This document shows, piece by piece, positions 48,962-59,101 of a stretch of DNA of 64,000 nucleotides. Position 1 is the stretch's first letter. Each line of letters starts with the position of its first letter. This DNA comes from an uncultured Ignavibacteria bacterium (GTDB lineage Bacteria > Bacteroidota > Ignavibacteria > UBA10030 > UBA6906): assembly GCA_963701735.1 (NCBI GenBank), contig CAVPBI010000001.1, forward strand, positions 7,729-71,728. Direction: 5' to 3'. The position numbers were made by a program, and so were the translations under genes. Under the pieces are notes generated by a model that saw nothing but the letters and a program-made list of their open reading frames with translations, searched no databases and was not told where the DNA came from.

Positions 48962-51088
48962 ATGAAAATCCCGTTCATCTCCCTGACAGTCGCCGTCATC
49001 CTGCTGTTCCCTCCTGCAAAGGCACAATGGGTGCAAACCAACGGACCGCTGGGAGGGGAAATCAATGCACTCGCGGTTTCCGAGACGAATCTCTTTGCCG
49101 GAGGCGGTGGGGGCGGCGTCTTTCTTTCCACCAACAACGGCACAAGCTGGACTGCAGTCAACACAGGCCTGACAAATGGAAATGTCGAGGATCTTGCCAT
49201 CAGCGGTGAGAACCTCTTCGCCGCGACTCACCAGGGCGTTTTCCTCTCGACCAATCGCGGCACAAGCTGGACTGAAGTCAATAACGGTTTGTCTACGCAT
49301 GAGGTATTTGCCCTCGCGTTCATGGGCGCAGATCTCTTTGCCGGAGGCTATGACGGGGTCTTCCTGAGCACCGATAACGGCATAGGGTGGACGGCGGTCA
49401 ATACCGGCTTGACACACACGTATGTCCTGTCACTCGCTGTTTTGGACACACATCTCTATGTTGGTACCAATGACGGAGGCGTCTTCCTTTCCACCGACAA
49501 CGGCGCGAACTGGACGGCAGTCAATACCGGCTTGACGCAGAGCAGAGTTCCCGCACTGGCCGTGTCAGGCACGAACCTCTTCGCCGGGACTTCTCGCGGA
49601 GTGTTTCTTACCACCGATGGCGGCACAAGTTGGACGGCGGTCAATACCGGTTTGACAAGAACTTCTGTCCTGTCACTCGCTGTGGTGGACACACATCTCT
49701 ATGCCGGCACCCTTACCGGCGGGGTCTTCCTTTCCACCGATCTCGGCACAAGCTGGGCTGCCGCCAACGCGGGCTTGACAGATCCCAGGGTTAAGTCCTT
49801 TGCTGCTTCGGACACGAACCTGTATGCCGGTACTCATGGCGGCGGAGTCTTCCTTTCCACCGACAACGGGACGAATTGGACTGCGATCAACACCGGGCTG
49901 ACAAACACTATTATCCTGTCACAAGCTTTCTCGGGTACAAGTCACTTTGTCGGAACTAGTACCAGCGGCGTGTTTCTCTCCACCAACAGCGGCACAAGTT
50001 GGACTGCAGTCAATGCCGGCTTGACGAGCATGGAGGTTCTGTCACTAGCGGTTTCGGGTACGGAACTTTTTGCCGGCACCTACAACGGAGGTGTTTTCCT
50101 TTCTACCGATAGCGGCGCAAACTGGACTCAAGTAGATAGTGGCTTGACAAATACCATCGTGGAAGCTCTTGCCGTTTCTCCCGCCAGCGGAGGGACAGGC
50201 GACGTGAATCTCTTTGCCGGGACCCACGGCGGCCTCTTTCTGTCGACCAATAGCGGCACAAGCTGGACTGCAGTCAATACCGGTTTGACGAATACCTATA
50301 TCTTTGCGCTCGTCGTTTCGGAGGGGAATGTATTTGCTGGGACTCTGGGCGGGGGCATGTTTCTTTCGACCGACAATGGCGCAAACTGGACTGCGATCAA
50401 TACCGGATTGACGAGCGATCGAATTCTGTCGCTCGCGGTCTCAGGCAAGGATCTCTTCGCCGGGACTACCAGCGGCACCTTCCTCTCCACCAACAACGGT
50501 ACGAGCTGGACCTTGGTTGGCGACGGTTTGGAAGGTCGTGCGGTCTGGTCAATCGCGGTTTCGGGGACAAATCTCTTTGCGGGGACTACCGGGGGTGGCG
50601 TCTATCATTCCACCAATCGCGGCACACGCTGGGAAGCAGTCAATGCCGGCCTGCTATACAATGACATCTATTCACTGTCCGCTACCGGGACGGATGTCTT
50701 TGCCGGGACTGAAGGGGGGGTTTGGAGGTGCCCAATATCTGAACTGACCTCGGTGAGGCAGCCCTCAAACGAGATGCTTCTGCACTTTGCACTGGCACAG
50801 AATTTTCCGAATCCGTTCAATCCCTCAACCGCGATTGGGTACGGTCTCCCCAGCCGCTCGCATGTGACTCTGACGGTCTTCAACACGCTCGGCCAGCAGG
50901 TCGCGACGCTTGTGGAAGGGGAGATGGAGGCAGGGTATCACGAAGTCCAGTTCGATGCATCGGGACTGGCCAGCGGGGTGTATATGTATAGGCTGCGGGT
51001 CCGCGGTTCGGACTCCGCCTCACCGCGGGACTCCAAGAGCGGAGCAGGGGAATTCGTCCAGACGCGAAAGCTTGTCCTTCTGCATTGA
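48962..51088 (+). CDS. T9SS cargo built from tandem ~41-aa BNR/Asp-box repeats (beta-propellers)
   Basis: About 14 copies of LFAGT.GGVFLST.NG.SWTAVN.GLT; signal peptide; CTD; RBS aggagg. Confidence 0.88.
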   Translation: MKIPFISLTVAVILLFPPAKAQWVQTNGPLGGEINALAVSETNLFAGGGGGGVFLSTNNGTSWTAVNTGLTNGNVEDLAISGENLFAATHQGVFLSTNRGTSWTEVNNGLSTHEVFALAFMGADLFAGGYDGVFLSTDNGIGWTAVNTGLTHTYVLSLAVLDTHLYVGTNDGGVFLSTDNGANWTAVNTGLTQSRVPALAVSGTNLFAGTSRGVFLTTDGGTSWTAVNTGLTRTSVLSLAVVDTHLYAGTLTGGVFLSTDLGTSWAAANAGLTDPRVKSFAASDTNLYAGTHGGGVFLSTDNGTNWTAINTGLTNTIILSQAFSGTSHFVGTSTSGVFLSTNSGTSWTAVNAGLTSMEVLSLAVSGTELFAGTYNGGVFLSTDSGANWTQVDSGLTNTIVEALAVSPASGGTGDVNLFAGTHGGLFLSTNSGTSWTAVNTGLTNTYIFALVVSEGNVFAGTLGGGMFLSTDNGANWTAINTGLTSDRILSLAVSGKDLFAGTTSGTFLSTNNGTSWTLVGDGLEGRAVWSIAVSGTNLFAGTTGGGVYHSTNRGTRWEAVNAGLLYNDIYSLSATGTDVFAGTEGGVWRCPISELTSVRQPSNEMLLHFALAQNFPNPFNPSTAIGYGLPSRSHVTLTVFNTLGQQVATLVEGEMEAGYHEVQFDASGLASGVYMYRLRVRGSDSASPRDSKSGAGEFVQTRKLVLLH
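50999..51043 (+). repeat. 45-bp in-frame palindromic element in the T9SS CTD (VRGSDSASPRDSKSG)
   Basis: Same position and length as 30795-30839; stem ccgcggt...accgcgg; ends tccgc/gcgga. Confidence 0.85.
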
Positions 51089-51498
51089 CCGTTAAGCCGG
51101 ACATTGAAAGATCCCTCGATCTCGTTGGAGATGAGGGCTCTTCTGTACGTTGACCCAGTGCCCGGAACCCGCACTTGGAATCACTCACACACACTCAGGT
51201 GCCTTACCCTGACATTTCTACTGAGACATCGCTGTTTGTCCATGAACTCCCCGCGTGAAAGCTATTAAAGGAAGGGAAGCCGCTGGTCTTTTCAAAATAC
51301 TACTGCAGGGGACACAGCCGCCTCGGATGGTGCTGAGAAGAGGGCTGGCGGTTGCAGGCGGGTCACCGCCGCTTGCGGCAGGCCCCCTTCTGAGGATGGA
51401 AGGCGGGCAAGACGGACAAATCGACTCTTTCGTTCTCTCCTCAGACGACCTTTGCTGCCTCCCGGGGATGTGCTGCCTCCCGGACATGCCGAATCAAG

Positions 51499-51527
51499 TT
51501 GATAAATCCAAAGACCTTCTCTACATT
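51499..51527 (+). promoter_or_regulatory. sigma70-type promoter for the Lol-like operon
   Basis: TTGATA-N17-TACATT, preceded by an 18-bp-period direct repeat. Confidence 0.55.
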
Positions 51528-51629
51528 CGAAGTGCATTCCTTCCAACGCCGGGTCGGCCTTTGGTCCATTTCCCGGCGTCACGGTGAGTAGGTTGTCCTG
51601 AGCTTCCTGTTCACTTCATCCCCCCCCCT

Positions 51630-52784
51630 ATGAAGGCCCTTCTGCCCGCGGTCTTGCTGTTGTCAAGACTCCTGTTTGTGCCGCCGGACCTGGCATCTCA
51701 GGAAATCGATGTCCGGGGGCAGGCATCAGCGTCGCTTGGCGGGAATGACGCCCCGGAACTCACCGCGCGAGCCGGGCTCCGGTATATCCCCTCGGCTTTT
51801 CTCGAGGCCGCCGTCGGAGAGACCTCGACGCTGGATGGAGAACTCGCGCTGAATCTCTTCGGGACAGCGAGCGTGGCGAGCGAACAGCGGGTGGTAACAG
51901 ACACCGACCTGGAGCTCTACCGGGGATGGGTCCGGTATGCAACGCCGCATCTCGAGCTGCGGGCAGGATTACAGAAGATCAGCTTCGGCTCCGCGACACT
52001 CTTCCGTCCCCTGATGTGGTTCGACTCGATCGATCCGCGTGATCCTCTCCAGATAACGAAGGGAGTCTACGGAGTGCTCGGTCGGGCGTACTTCCTGGGC
52101 ACGGCGAACCTGTGGATGTGGGGCATACTCGGGAGGGACGAACTCAAAGGGTGGGAGGTCATCCCCACGAAGAAAGGGTCCCCGGAGTTTGGAGGGCGTC
52201 TCCAGATGCCGCTCTTCTCGGGGGAGGCGGCCGTCTCCTATCACCACCGGACCGTGCAGTTCACGGCCACACTCCCCGCCTTCCCCGCCCCCGTCCAGGA
52301 AACGGTCTCCTTCCCGGAGGATCGGGTCGGTGTGGACGGGAAATGGGACATCGGTCCCGGGATCTGGCTCGAGGGGGCAGCGGTTCGCCAGAACACCGAG
52401 TCCCTGCCGTATCGATGGCAGCAGGCTGGTACGATCGGGATGGACTACACCTTCTCTCTCGGCACCGGCCTCACCGTGATGGGGGAATTCTTCATCCAGA
52501 GCTACACAGAGGAGATGCTCGGGGCCGGGTCCACGGCCCGAATGGCGGGTCTGATGGCAACCTATCCGCTGAATATCGTGGACAACATCTCCGGCATCTT
52601 CTACTACGACATCGGGAACAGCGACTCCTACGCCTATATCGACTGGCGAAGGACCTACGATAACTGGACGTTCGATCTGATCCTGTTCGCCAATCCCGAG
52701 CAGTCGGGCTTCGTGGCCGGGCTGCAGCAGGGTCTGTCGCTCGCGGGGAAAGGGATCGTTCTCCTGGTAGCGTTCAACCACTGA
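51630..52784 (+). CDS. Probable outer-membrane beta-barrel protein
   Basis: Signal peptide; alternating aromatic beta-strands; LRAGLQKISFGSA..F.P motif; first gene of the Lol-like operon. Confidence 0.65.
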   Translation: MKALLPAVLLLSRLLFVPPDLASQEIDVRGQASASLGGNDAPELTARAGLRYIPSAFLEAAVGETSTLDGELALNLFGTASVASEQRVVTDTDLELYRGWVRYATPHLELRAGLQKISFGSATLFRPLMWFDSIDPRDPLQITKGVYGVLGRAYFLGTANLWMWGILGRDELKGWEVIPTKKGSPEFGGRLQMPLFSGEAAVSYHHRTVQFTATLPAFPAPVQETVSFPEDRVGVDGKWDIGPGIWLEGAAVRQNTESLPYRWQQAGTIGMDYTFSLGTGLTVMGEFFIQSYTEEMLGAGSTARMAGLMATYPLNIVDNISGIFYYDIGNSDSYAYIDWRRTYDNWTFDLILFANPEQSGFVAGLQQGLSLAGKGIVLLVAFNH

Positions 52785-52836
52785 CGGCGGGAGCGCCTGC
52801 CGCCGCACACGACGACTGGAGGGTTCAGGCTTTCGC

Positions 52837-53550
52837 ATGCACGACTCAACGCTGATACGAACCGATGGTCTCATGAAGTCGTATCCGATGGGGGATTCCT
52901 CCATCGTCGCCCTCCGCGATGTCACGCTTCTGTTCCAGCAGGGGGAGTTTTCCGGCCTCGTAGGGCCGAGCGGTTCTGGCAAGACGACGCTCCTGAACAT
53001 CGTGGGGACGCTGGATGCGCCCACCGGGGGGTCGGCGACTGTCCTCGGTGAATCCGTCGGGGCTCTCTCCCACGAGCGCGCGGCGGATATGCGCAACCGG
53101 CACATCGGCTTCATCTTTCAGACGTTCAACCTGCTCCCGGTCTACACGGTCTACGAGAACGTGGAATTCCCTCTGATCCTCCTGCGCATCCCCTCCGCGA
53201 AGAGGAGGGTGATGGTGATGGAGTCGCTGGAGCTTGTGGGCCTGGCGGATCGGGCAAGGTCCCGTCCGCACCAGCTCTCCGGAGGTCAAAGCCAGCGGGT
53301 CGCCATCTGCAGGGCTATCGTCAAGCGCCCGGAGATTGTGCTGGCGGACGAGCCCACGGCCAACCTGGACGCGGCGAACTCCCACGCCATCCTCCAGACG
53401 ATGGAGAAGCTGAACAGGGAGCTGGGAACAACGTTCCTTTTCTCCACCCACGACGACAAAGTGATCCGGTACCTGCGGCGGAAGATCAGCCTGGTGGACG
53501 GCGGCGTGGCAAGCGACGTCCTTCAGAGCGGGAAGGGGGACGGCGTATGA
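52837..53550 (+). CDS. ABC transporter ATP-binding protein (LolD/MacB-like)
   Basis: GPSGSGKTT, IGFIFQTFNL, LSGGQSQRV, LADEPTANLD, STHD. Confidence 0.95.
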   Translation: MHDSTLIRTDGLMKSYPMGDSSIVALRDVTLLFQQGEFSGLVGPSGSGKTTLLNIVGTLDAPTGGSATVLGESVGALSHERAADMRNRHIGFIFQTFNLLPVYTVYENVEFPLILLRIPSAKRRVMVMESLELVGLADRARSRPHQLSGGQSQRVAICRAIVKRPEIVLADEPTANLDAANSHAILQTMEKLNRELGTTFLFSTHDDKVIRYLRRKISLVDGGVASDVLQSGKGDGV

Positions 53551-54722
53551 TGGCCATCCCGCACCTGGCATTGAAGAACCTGCTCGGCGCAGGCATCCGG
53601 ACATGGCTCAATGTCGTCGTTCTCTCGTTTTCTTTCGTCGCGATCATCGCGACGCAGGGCCTGCTCGAGGGAATGAACGACCAGGTGGCCCAGGCGATGA
53701 TCGATACGGAGTACGGCGCCGGTCAGTTCCGGTACGGGTCGTACGATCCGTACGACCCGCTCACGCTGAAGGACGGACACAGCGTGGTCCCGCCGGCGAT
53801 CGACGCGGCGATTGAGAAGGGAGAGGCGACCGCCGTCCTGATCGTGCAGGGATCGCTGTACGTGCAGGGCCGCGTGCGGCCCGTGCTGATCAAGGGGATC
53901 GACCCCGGGCAGACCGTCGTGCGGCTGCCCTCTTCCCGGCTTCTCCCGGTCCCCGGCGAAATCCCGGCGCTCGCCGGGGCGCGGATGGCGAAGAGCAGCG
54001 GCATGGGCGTGGGCGACTACGTCACGCTTCAGTGGCGCGACGCCAGGGGTACATTCGACGCGCAGGATGCCCGGATCGCCGAGGTTTTCTCGACCTCCGT
54101 GCAGTCGGTGGATCTGAACCAGATCTGGATCCCGCTCGACACGCTTCGGCGCGTCGCCAGGATGGAGAACGAGGCGACGCTGGTGATTGCCAGGCCGGGG
54201 TTCGTCCCCCCGCCCGCACCTGACGGCTGGCACTTCACAAGCCAGGATGAGCTTCTGGCCGACATCCGCGAGGTGGTGCGTTCGAAAGCCGTCGGATCGT
54301 CCGTCGTATATGTCATTCTCCTTCTGCTCGCCCTCCTCGCCATATTCGACACGCAGGTGCTTTCGGTCTGGCGGAGGCGAAAGGAGATCGGGACGCTGAT
54401 GGCGCTGGGGATGACCAGGCTCAAGATCATTCAGCTCTTCACGCTTGAGGGGGCGGCGCATGGCGTCCTGGCGGCCCTTGTGGCGGCCCTCTACGGGATC
54501 CCGTTACTGGGCAGCCTCGCCCGCGACGGGTGGGAGCTCCCCGCAGGGGTGGAATCCTACGGGTTCGCCATCGGGGAGCGGCTCTTCCCGGTCTTCAGCG
54601 TCGGCCTCGTTCTGGGGACGACACTCCTTGTGCTGGCGACCACGACCGTCGTGAGTTTCCTGCCCGTGCGGCGCATCGCTGATCTGAAACCCACCGACGC
54701 TCTGAGGGGAAAGTTCACATGA
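53547..54722 (+). CDS. FtsX/LolC-E-like ABC permease
   Basis: One TM, large periplasmic domain, three TMs; RRKEIGTLMALGM. Confidence 0.9.
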   Translation: MMAIPHLALKNLLGAGIRTWLNVVVLSFSFVAIIATQGLLEGMNDQVAQAMIDTEYGAGQFRYGSYDPYDPLTLKDGHSVVPPAIDAAIEKGEATAVLIVQGSLYVQGRVRPVLIKGIDPGQTVVRLPSSRLLPVPGEIPALAGARMAKSSGMGVGDYVTLQWRDARGTFDAQDARIAEVFSTSVQSVDLNQIWIPLDTLRRVARMENEATLVIARPGFVPPPAPDGWHFTSQDELLADIREVVRSKAVGSSVVYVILLLLALLAIFDTQVLSVWRRRKEIGTLMALGMTRLKIIQLFTLEGAAHGVLAALVAALYGIPLLGSLARDGWELPAGVESYGFAIGERLFPVFSVGLVLGTTLLVLATTTVVSFLPVRRIADLKPTDALRGKFT

Positions 54723-55993
54723 TCCTCTTTCTCCTCAAAGGTCTCCTTCGCGACCCGTCCAGAAGCGTCTTCCCCGTCATCACGGTGACCGTCGGCGTGA
54801 TGCTTACGGTCGTGCTTCAGAGTTGGATCAGCGGGCTGCAGGGCGAGCTCGTGAAGTCGAGCGCGAGATTCTCCACGGGCCATGTCAAGGTGACGACCCG
54901 CGCCTACGCACTGGAGGAGGACCAGCTGCCGAACGACCTCGCTCTGCTCGGCGTCGATTCCCTCCTGCGGACACTCAGGGAGCGCTTCCCCGGCCTCCTC
55001 TGGAGTCCGCGGATCAGGTTCGGCGGGTTGCTCGACATTCCGGACTCCAGCGGGGAGACGCGGGCCCAGGGGCCCGTGGCGGGTTTCGCGGTGGACCTGA
55101 TGAGTCCCGACTCCCCTGATCTGCGCATGCTGAACCTCGATCGGGCGGTGGCACGGGGCGCCCTTCCTGCGCGGAGGGGGGAGGCGCTCCTCAGCGACGA
55201 GCTCGCGCGACGATTGGGGGTGGGGATCGGGGAGACGGCAACGCTCATCGGCGCCACACGACACGGGAGCCTTACGACCGCGAACTTCACGGTGAGCGGG
55301 ACGGTCCGGTTCGGCCTCACGGTGCTGGACCGGGGAACCATCATCGCCGATCTCTCCGACGTGCAGGTTGCCCTCGACATGGACGACGCGGCGGGAGAGG
55401 TCTTTGGCTTCTTCGCCGACGAGCTGTACCGGGACGACGTCGCAACCAGGACGGCGGAGGCATTCAACTCGCTCGTGCCGGAGAACGGCGACGAGTTTGC
55501 GCCGGTGATGGCCACGATGCGGAATCAGGCCGGCCTCGGGCAGATTCTCGACGTGTGGGAATACCTGACGGGAGTCCTGGTGACCATCTTCATCATGGTG
55601 ATGTCGATCGTCCTCTGGAACGCGGGATTGATGGCCAGCCTGCGGCGGTATGGCGAGATCGGGATGCGGCTTGCTCTCGGGGAAGCGAGGGGGCGGATCT
55701 ACCGTGCGATGCTGGCCGAATCCCTCATGATCGGCATCATGGGTTCTGCGCTGGGAACCGCCGCCGGCATCGGCGTCGCGTACTATCTCCAGGAAACCGG
55801 TATCGAGATCGGCTCGATGATGAAGAATGCATCGATCATGCTCGCCAATGTCATGCGTGCCCGCGTGACGGCGGTTTCCTATGTGATCGGCTTTGTCCCC
55901 GGCCTCTGCGCGACACTGCTTGGAACGTCGATTGCCGGGATAGGGATCTACCGGAGGCAAACCGCCCAACTGGCAAAGGAACTGCAATCATGA
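54719..55993 (+). CDS. FtsX/LolC-E-like ABC permease
   Basis: Same topology; RRYGEIGMRLALG; ATGA overlap. Confidence 0.9.
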   Translation: MILFLLKGLLRDPSRSVFPVITVTVGVMLTVVLQSWISGLQGELVKSSARFSTGHVKVTTRAYALEEDQLPNDLALLGVDSLLRTLRERFPGLLWSPRIRFGGLLDIPDSSGETRAQGPVAGFAVDLMSPDSPDLRMLNLDRAVARGALPARRGEALLSDELARRLGVGIGETATLIGATRHGSLTTANFTVSGTVRFGLTVLDRGTIIADLSDVQVALDMDDAAGEVFGFFADELYRDDVATRTAEAFNSLVPENGDEFAPVMATMRNQAGLGQILDVWEYLTGVLVTIFIMVMSIVLWNAGLMASLRRYGEIGMRLALGEARGRIYRAMLAESLMIGIMGSALGTAAGIGVAYYLQETGIEIGSMMKNASIMLANVMRARVTAVSYVIGFVPGLCATLLGTSIAGIGIYRRQTAQLAKELQS

Positions 55994-56721
55994 GAATTCT
56001 CGTTGCCGTCGTGTGCACCGCTTCCCTCGGGCTCGCCCAGACTCCCTCGGGCGAAGCCATCCTGACACGTGTGGACAAGAACATGGGCTCGGACACAAAG
56101 GTCTCTGTCGGGCAGATGCGCGTGAAGGAGAGGCGCGAGGTGCGGACCATCCGGATGAAGTCCTGGCTGAAGGGGATGACGAGCTCCTTCACGGAGTTCC
56201 TGGACCCTCCGCGCGAGAAGGGGACCAAGATGCTGAAGCTGGACGATCAGCTCTGGACGTACACGCCATCAACGGACAGGACGATCCTGATCTCGGGACA
56301 CATGCTGCGCCAGTCGGTCATGGGCTCCGACCTCTCATACCAGGATCTCCTGGAAGACCCGAAACTCCTTCCGGCCTATGAGCCGGCTGTCGTCGGCGAG
56401 GAGGTCGTCCTGGAGCGGCCCTGCTGGGTCCTCTCGCTCACCTCCAGGGGGGGCGATGTCGCCTATCACTCCCGGAAGATCTGGGTCGACAAGGAGCGTT
56501 TTCTGGTGATGAAAGAGGACCGGTTTGCCCGCTCGGGCAGGCTCCTGAAGACCACGCTTGTGAACAGGGTGGCTCTCGTCAACGGGAAGTGGGTCTCTTC
56601 GGAGATCGAGGTGAAGGACGCGCTGAAGACCGGGGGAGGGACGGAGTTCGTCGTCGAAGAGGTGCAATTCGACGTCGATATTCCCGACCACTTCTTCACG
56701 AAGGCCGCGCTCCGCAGGTAA
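55990..56721 (+). CDS. LolA-like outer-membrane lipoprotein-sorting protein
   Basis: Signal peptide; EFLDPPREKGTKML, LWTYTP, MGSDLSYQD, KIWVDKE. Confidence 0.88.
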   Translation: MRILVAVVCTASLGLAQTPSGEAILTRVDKNMGSDTKVSVGQMRVKERREVRTIRMKSWLKGMTSSFTEFLDPPREKGTKMLKLDDQLWTYTPSTDRTILISGHMLRQSVMGSDLSYQDLLEDPKLLPAYEPAVVGEEVVLERPCWVLSLTSRGGDVAYHSRKIWVDKERFLVMKEDRFARSGRLLKTTLVNRVALVNGKWVSSEIEVKDALKTGGGTEFVVEEVQFDVDIPDHFFTKAALRR

Positions 56722-56746
56722 CGCCGCAGACCAGGGGGGAATCCTC

Positions 56747-59101
56747 GTGCAAACCCGATATCTGATCGACATCCGCCAGGCCCGCGGGCGCCAGGGAATG
56801 GGGACCAAGGCCGAAATGCTCGGCCTCCTGTATCGGTACGGATTCCCGGTTCCACCCGCGCTCTGTTGCTCCATGGAGGCATGGCAGCGTTACCAGCTCA
56901 AGGACCCGGAGCTTCTCCCCGCTCTCCGATCCGAGCTCAGCCGCCTCTGCGACCCCGGCGTTTCCTACGCCGTCCGCTCCTCGGCCAACGTCGAAGACCA
57001 CCTCGAAAGCTCGTTCGCCGGCCAGTTCGCCAGCGTCCTTGATGTTCTCGGGATCGACAACCTCCTGAACGCCATCGTCTCTGTCTGGGACTCCGCCTCC
57101 TCGGGCGAGGCCCGGGAGTACGCCCGGAAGCTTCGCGGGACGGGCGACGGCATCTGGATGGGAGTGATCGTCCAGCAGATGGTCCACGCGACGGTCTCCG
57201 GAGTCGCCTTCAGCCGAAATCCGATGACGGGCCTGGACGAGGTGGTCGTGGAAGCGGTACAGGGTCGTGGTGACGAGCTTGTACAGCGCGGGGTCACTCC
57301 CGATCGCTGGGTAAACAAATGGGGGGGGTGGACCGCGCGGCCCGAGCGGTCTTCCATACCGGAACCGCTCATCCGCGAAGTGGTGAAGGGCGCCCGGCTG
57401 ATCGAACGCCGCTACGGACGCCCCGTCGATCTGGAATGGGCATATGACGGGAAATCACTGAGCTGGCTCCAGATGCGCGAGATCACGTTGGTCCGGAATC
57501 TCAATGTCTATTCCGAGAAGATGTCAAGGGAGATGCTGCCGGGCCTCATCAAGCCGCTCATCTGGTCGGTCAACATCCCCCTGGTCAACGGGGCATGGGT
57601 GAAGATCCTCACGGAACTGATCGGAAAGAACGACCTGGACCCGCGCTCGCTGGCCCGGCAGTTTTACTACCGCGCGTATTTCAACATGGGAGCGTTCGGG
57701 GAGATCTTCGCGCTCCTGGGGATGCCCCGCGACAGCCTGGAACTGCTGATGGGGATCGAGGTCGAGGGGGGAGAGAAGCCGCGCTTCAAGCCCACGCTGC
57801 GGACCATGCGGCACCTCGCGCGAATGGCCCGCTTCGCCCGGGAGAAATGGACCATCAGCCGCGATCTCGAGCGCTTCATCGCCGGAGCCGGCCGGGAGTA
57901 CACGCCATTTATCGAGGAGGCGGTCGAGAGCCTTTCCCCCGACGAGATCCTCGCGGCGATCGACCGGCTCTTCGTGCTGAACCAGCGGACGGCCTACTAC
58001 AATATCATCGTCCCGCTCCTGATGCAGATGTACAACCGCTCCTTCACGGGAATCCTGCGCAGGCTCGGCGTGGACTACGAGCAGTTTGACATGGCCTGTG
58101 CGAGTGATGAGACGGTTGACCCCAACGTGGCGCTGGCCGCTCTGCACGCAAAGTACGAACGTCTGCCCGAATCGCTCCGCTCCCGAATCCTGAGTTCCAC
58201 GTACGAAGGATTCCTCCGGATGGAAGGGATCGCGGAGTTCCAGGCGGCCCTCGAGGAGTTCCTCCGGCGCTTCGGGCACCTGAGCAACGTGGGGGTGGAC
58301 TTTTCGGCGGTTCCGTGGCGCGAGACCCCTGATCTGGTGCTGCGCATGGTGACGGCATTTTCCGCGCCGCAAATCACCGGCAGCAAGATCGGGTTTGAGC
58401 AGCTCAAGGTCAGGGGGCTTCGCAGGGCCCAGGCAAGGTTGATGTACGGGCGCGCCAGGCAATTCCTCGTCCTCCGCACGCGTGTCGGGGCACTCTATAC
58501 GCTTGGATACGGACTCTTCAGGAAGTACTTCCTTGCGCTCGCCGACGAATGCGTCCGCCGCGGCGTGTTCTCAGAACGGGATCATATCTTCTATCTGTCG
58601 CACGAAGAGATCCGATCGCTCTTCCGCGACGGCGATTCACCGGCGGAATTCCGGGAGAAGATCTCACAACGGCGCCAGGAGATGGAGGAGCTCAGGGACG
58701 TCACCGTTCCCACGACGATCTATGGCGACGATCCCCCGCCGCTGCGGAAGGAGGGGGCCGGAGATCTGAGGGGGATTCCCACATCGCGCGGTTACTACCG
58801 CGGCCCCGTCCGCGTCATCCGCGGCATACAGGAATACGACAGGCTGAAGGAGGGGGATGTGCTGGTGATTCCCTTCTCCGACGTCGGACTGACCCCGCTC
58901 TTTGTCCGTGCCGGGGCGGTGATCGCGGAATCGGGCGGAATGCTGTCGCACAGCTCGATCATCGCGAGGGAGTACGGGATCCCGGCCGTGGTCTCGGTGC
59001 CCGGCGCCTGTCGGCTGGCGGACGACACCATTGTGGGGGTTGATGGGTACACAGGCGACGTAGTGCAATTCAACCTTGAGAAAGGAGAGCCACAGACGTG
59101 A
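56747..59101 (+). CDS. PEP-synthase-like dikinase (ATP-grasp, substrate domain, C-terminal swivelling phosphohistidine domain; Rph/PigC-like order)
   Basis: AVRSSANVED...SFAGQF, SGVAFS.NP, DLEWA, LQMREIT; GGMLSHSSIIAREYGIPAVV. Confidence 0.9.
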   Translation: MQTRYLIDIRQARGRQGMGTKAEMLGLLYRYGFPVPPALCCSMEAWQRYQLKDPELLPALRSELSRLCDPGVSYAVRSSANVEDHLESSFAGQFASVLDVLGIDNLLNAIVSVWDSASSGEAREYARKLRGTGDGIWMGVIVQQMVHATVSGVAFSRNPMTGLDEVVVEAVQGRGDELVQRGVTPDRWVNKWGGWTARPERSSIPEPLIREVVKGARLIERRYGRPVDLEWAYDGKSLSWLQMREITLVRNLNVYSEKMSREMLPGLIKPLIWSVNIPLVNGAWVKILTELIGKNDLDPRSLARQFYYRAYFNMGAFGEIFALLGMPRDSLELLMGIEVEGGEKPRFKPTLRTMRHLARMARFAREKWTISRDLERFIAGAGREYTPFIEEAVESLSPDEILAAIDRLFVLNQRTAYYNIIVPLLMQMYNRSFTGILRRLGVDYEQFDMACASDETVDPNVALAALHAKYERLPESLRSRILSSTYEGFLRMEGIAEFQAALEEFLRRFGHLSNVGVDFSAVPWRETPDLVLRMVTAFSAPQITGSKIGFEQLKVRGLRRAQARLMYGRARQFLVLRTRVGALYTLGYGLFRKYFLALADECVRRGVFSERDHIFYLSHEEIRSLFRDGDSPAEFREKISQRRQEMEELRDVTVPTTIYGDDPPPLRKEGAGDLRGIPTSRGYYRGPVRVIRGIQEYDRLKEGDVLVIPFSDVGLTPLFVRAGAVIAESGGMLSHSSIIAREYGIPAVVSVPGACRLADDTIVGVDGYTGDVVQFNLEKGEPQT

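Noticed and set aside
49050-50720. Regular ~125-bp DNA periodicity as a CRISPR or DGR-type array
   Set aside because: In-frame, degenerate BNR/Asp-box protein repeats; no identical repeats with unique spacers, and no cas or reverse transcriptase gene
51218-51587. Short ORFs between the T9SS gene and the Lol-like operon
   Set aside because: No recognisable motifs; they overlap the predicted promoter and repeat
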